The position numbers were made by a program, and so were the translations under genes. The notes below the pieces were generated by a model. It was not told the origin of the DNA. It saw only the letters and a list, made by a program, of their open reading frames with translations, and searched no databases. A stretch of DNA of 63,765 nucleotides, the filler included, from Octopus bimaculoides (Eukaryota), in NCBI RefSeq assembly GCF_001194135.2. It is 8 parts of 8 records of this genome, joined end to end, with 100 filler letters (N's around TTAATTAATTAA, not from the genome) between each part and the next. Parts side by side here need not be neighbours in the genome. Positions count along the whole stretch, not along the records: positions 60,182 to 63,765 come from NC_068984.1; 7 more parts are not named here. One strand, 5' to 3'. Shown one piece after another: positions 60,547 through 63,765 of the stretch. The stretch's first letter is position 1, and each line of letters opens with the position of its first letter.

Positions 60547-63140
60547 NNNNNNNNNNGTATACCCATGCATATGTATATACACTTGCACATGTATATGAAC
60601 AGATGTACGAATATAGGCATAATCACACTCCGCTCCTCCTCTAGGAATTACGTCCATAATATAGCTTTAAAGAATTTTTTCATTTCGAGAGTTTAAATTA
60701 TGTTGGGAACATTTGGAAAATACATGTAGATGATAGTATCCGAATCACCCTCTTTAATAATGTATACTTTCTGTTGCGCATCTTCAAACTTTTAAGAACA
60801 AAATAATATTAATAATGTAGAAACTCGAAACTTTATATACATATCCATGCGTGTGCTTGTGTTTGACTGTGAATTCAATTAAATTAAAGCTAAAGAAACA
60901 TTTATGCTTTAATTATGCATAATATAACGAACAGGATGAAGCTAATACTTTCCAATATCGAAGTGCATAAATTGTTTCCCGCTGAATTAACAAATTAATA
61001 TTTGTAGCTTAAAAACATTATAACACATAGAAATCTTGTTAATATCATGGAACAATGTTCCAAATCATTGTAAGTTGTTGTTTTCCTGTAGAATTGTATT
61101 ACTTATGGCAGTATGATATGTGTGTTTTCAAATGGGTGACGTTGTATGTTTGCAATCAAGTCTGAAAATATAATACATTTCAGATGCCTTGTTATTTAAT
61201 CTGTCAGTGGTATATTCACTTTTAATACATATACTTAAAATATAACGAAATCTTAGATTATCTTTGTTCAATCCAAATTTATTTGGCACCAAATGAATTT
61301 AATTTACAGTTTTGTCCTATATGGTTTGACATTATATATCAGGGATGTCAAGTGATGTAGAAGAAGAGAAATTACGTTCGAAAAACTTGTTCTTACACAG
61401 CACTGAATGTTCGAAGTTAGTGGCTAAACTGAATATAGTAGCAAGGCAGATATATTCAATACGTCAGTATCACACACAAAGTAACCAACAAGAAGAATAG
61501 TTTAATGGAGCATGACAAATAAAGTGTGAAAGGCATGGTAGTTGAAAGACATAGAGAAATATATGGAATGAAAATAAGAGGTAGAGTTTATGTGACAAGA
61601 AAGCATTACTATTAACTGTTATTCGTTTAAGCTTATGTTGGTAAAATACCTGTTTGCAGAGAAAGCAGAAATGAGTTTTATTCCCAGCTAATCTAATTAT
61701 TTGATCCCAAGGTAGTAGGGTCGATTGTGAAAGCTTGCTTTGGAACCGGTCAGCAATGTCTAAAGTTATTATCGCTTAAATGTTTGTTTTAACCAACTAT
61801 ACTTACTAGATTCAATGCTGATCTGTCTCACTGATGCGTTATATTATTTAATTTGCTCTCATTGTCAAACACACAGGAAGGAAAATATTCAATAAATATA
61901 TATTTCTCTAGGAAACTGTGAGCCACCAACTCTCTAACCGAGAAATAATCTGGGGGTCAGGTTCTACTAACTACCAAATAGTCGGTGCGTGGTACATACC
62001 AGGAGTGAGTATACTAGTTTACTCTCTAATTTCTCTAATCAATGGCAGAACTGACCATGCTACAATTAAAATCAATCCACAATCACATTAGATTTTCTCA
62101 TACAGATCGAATGTGAACAAAAAATACATACGGCAAGGTCATCAGCGTATTGGAACATGTCTTGAAAGCACATCGATACTTACTCGTAAATTACAGTATT
62201 GCTTCAGTACCAGCAAGAAAAACTACTCAAAATACAAATATGGGCTAAAATATAATCGAAATAATAATAACTTTTAAAGGCGTAACCATGACCCTGCTTC
62301 AATGAAATAGCTGTTCAGTCTCAAGAGGAAAATGATAAATTTCCATATTTCGGAGAAAAAATGGTGGAGCATGTGGGTCAGAGAAAAAAGGAAAAAAACA
62401 CCATATCAGTTTAGCAGCTGGTACTGCAGCCTTAGCAAAAGAATATGCTACATTTAGAAAATATAATAGTGAAATTATCAACATAGATTCATTTTCCAAC
62501 ATTCATGATAACTACAGAACAATCTAAGCGTGCGAATTAGGGACGTTATTCGCTGTTCAGAAAAGTGCTTTACATTCTACAGATTCAATTAGGAAAATCG
62601 TGAGTGTTACGAACGAAAATCTTGGGAGGATTGCAAATCATGAAATTATACTGTCAAATGTAAAATATCTGCAAATGAATTGTTTAGTCATGTGGAACAA
62701 CAGCTTTGCTCTTTACCTCTATAAAATATTCCCATGCATAGTGAAACGCTCAGTAAAAGAGAAATCAAAGGACTGCAAAATGGTCTTGCTCAGTACCAGA
62801 ACCATAATATCGAAAGCATGAGTTTGACTGACGAAAGATAAAGAGACTGGCAGGATGGTGCATCATGTGCTAAACTTCTTTGTAATCTCTGTCATATAAA
62901 TACTACAGCAAACTTATTAACGTTTTGGATTAGTAAACTGAAAATTTACCTTATCTTGAATTCATATGTTGCAGGCTAGTGTAGCAAAGTTGAGAAAAAA
63001 TATATCCAAAGTTATAATATATGTTTGAGGAAAGTAGAAATGAATTCATATTATTCCCCCACCTGTATAATAAATTTTATAATTCATAAAGGCTTATAAC
63101 ACACGAGAGACTAAATATGCACTACAGTGAGCATTTTTCA

Positions 63141-63765
63141 CACATCATAGTTCTCCAGGCTATAACAGAGGAATTCAAGACAGGATGCCCCTGGGAGCTC
63201 CTCTATGCTGATGACCTTGCACTAATTGCTGAGTCACTATCACAATTAGAGAAGAAGTTTCAGGTATGGAAGCAATGACTAGAATCAAAGGGCCTTAGAG
63301 TCAACCTAGCTAAAACCAAAGTCCTCATAAGTAGGAAGGCAGACAAAACACAAACCCCTTCAGGTAGATGGCCCTGCTCGATCTGTAGAAAAGGAGTGGG
63401 AAGTAACTCTATAAGATGCACCCAGTGCAAGCTATGGACACATAAGAGGTGCAGCAATATCAAAGGAAGGTTAACTAGGAAGTTAGTTTTTGTTTGCAAC
63501 AGATGTTCTGGAGCTATAAATACAGGAAATGTGCAGAAAACAACTTCTGTCACATTCCAGGGAGAAAAACTAGAAGTGGTTGATAGCTTCCGCTATCTTG
63601 GAGACCAAATTAGCAGTGGAGGTGGGTGCGCTGAAAGCGTAGCTGTTAGAATTAGAATAGCCTGGGCAAAGTTCAGAGAGCTCTTACCTCTGCTGGCGAC
63701 AAAGGGTCTCTTTCACAGAGTAAAAGGCAGATTGTATGATGCATGTGTACGAACAGCCATGCTTC
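63141..63765 (+). mobile_element. RTE-clade LINE RT core (YADD) with an inserted PHD finger; one nonsense codon; continues past the window
   Basis: WELLYADDLALIA...KGLRVNLAKTKVL, the C4HC3 finger at 63375-63506, then VDSFRYLGDQI...RIAWAKFRELLPLL...YDACVRTAML. TGA at 63276. Confidence 0.95.

Noticed and set aside
25-60696. Long ORFs rich in YI, CV, HT, RE, poly-V/T/P/N or X
   Set aside because: These are translations of microsatellites or N-runs, with no domain content or exon structure.
61345-61500. 51-codon ORF MSSDVEEEKLRSK... after a TATCAG acceptor-like site
   Set aside because: Weak polypyrimidine tract, no recognisable homology and no partner exons. It needs RNA-seq or TBLASTN.
62339-62527. 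62-codon stop-free frame (...GKKHHISLAAGTAALAKEY...)
   Set aside because: No ATG, no convincing splice acceptor and no known motif.

Overview
This is AT-rich, microsatellite-dense eukaryotic DNA, most likely from an octopod cephalopod (inferred from the SINE families). It has about 20 N-gaps, seven of which are artificial 100-bp spacers (44 N + TTAATTAATTAA + 44 N). I cannot support any host protein-coding exon. Nearly all long ORFs in the track are simple-repeat or N-run artefacts. The window is a transposon graveyard: three tRNA-derived SINE families (about 30 copies), decayed LINEs (RTE, R4/Dong-like RLE, Tx1/L1), Tc1/mariner and hAT remnants and MITEs, a Helentron-type non-autonomous element, and a 143-bp dispersed 28S rRNA fragment. 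The most interesting signals are RNA structures. A 213-bp, apparently tandem unit (56954-57192, minus strand) contains a complete minimal hammerhead ribozyme fold with a swapped G3-C8 core pair and a palindromic stem III. An inverted pair of Penelope-type repeats (58010-58670) carries decayed minimal hammerheads. Also notable are a 28S fragment ending near the hidden-break region, a circularly permuted R4-like LINE, a (TAA)n-embedded non-coding element and an RTE with a PHD finger inside its RT. All family assignments come from motif recognition by eye, with no database search.
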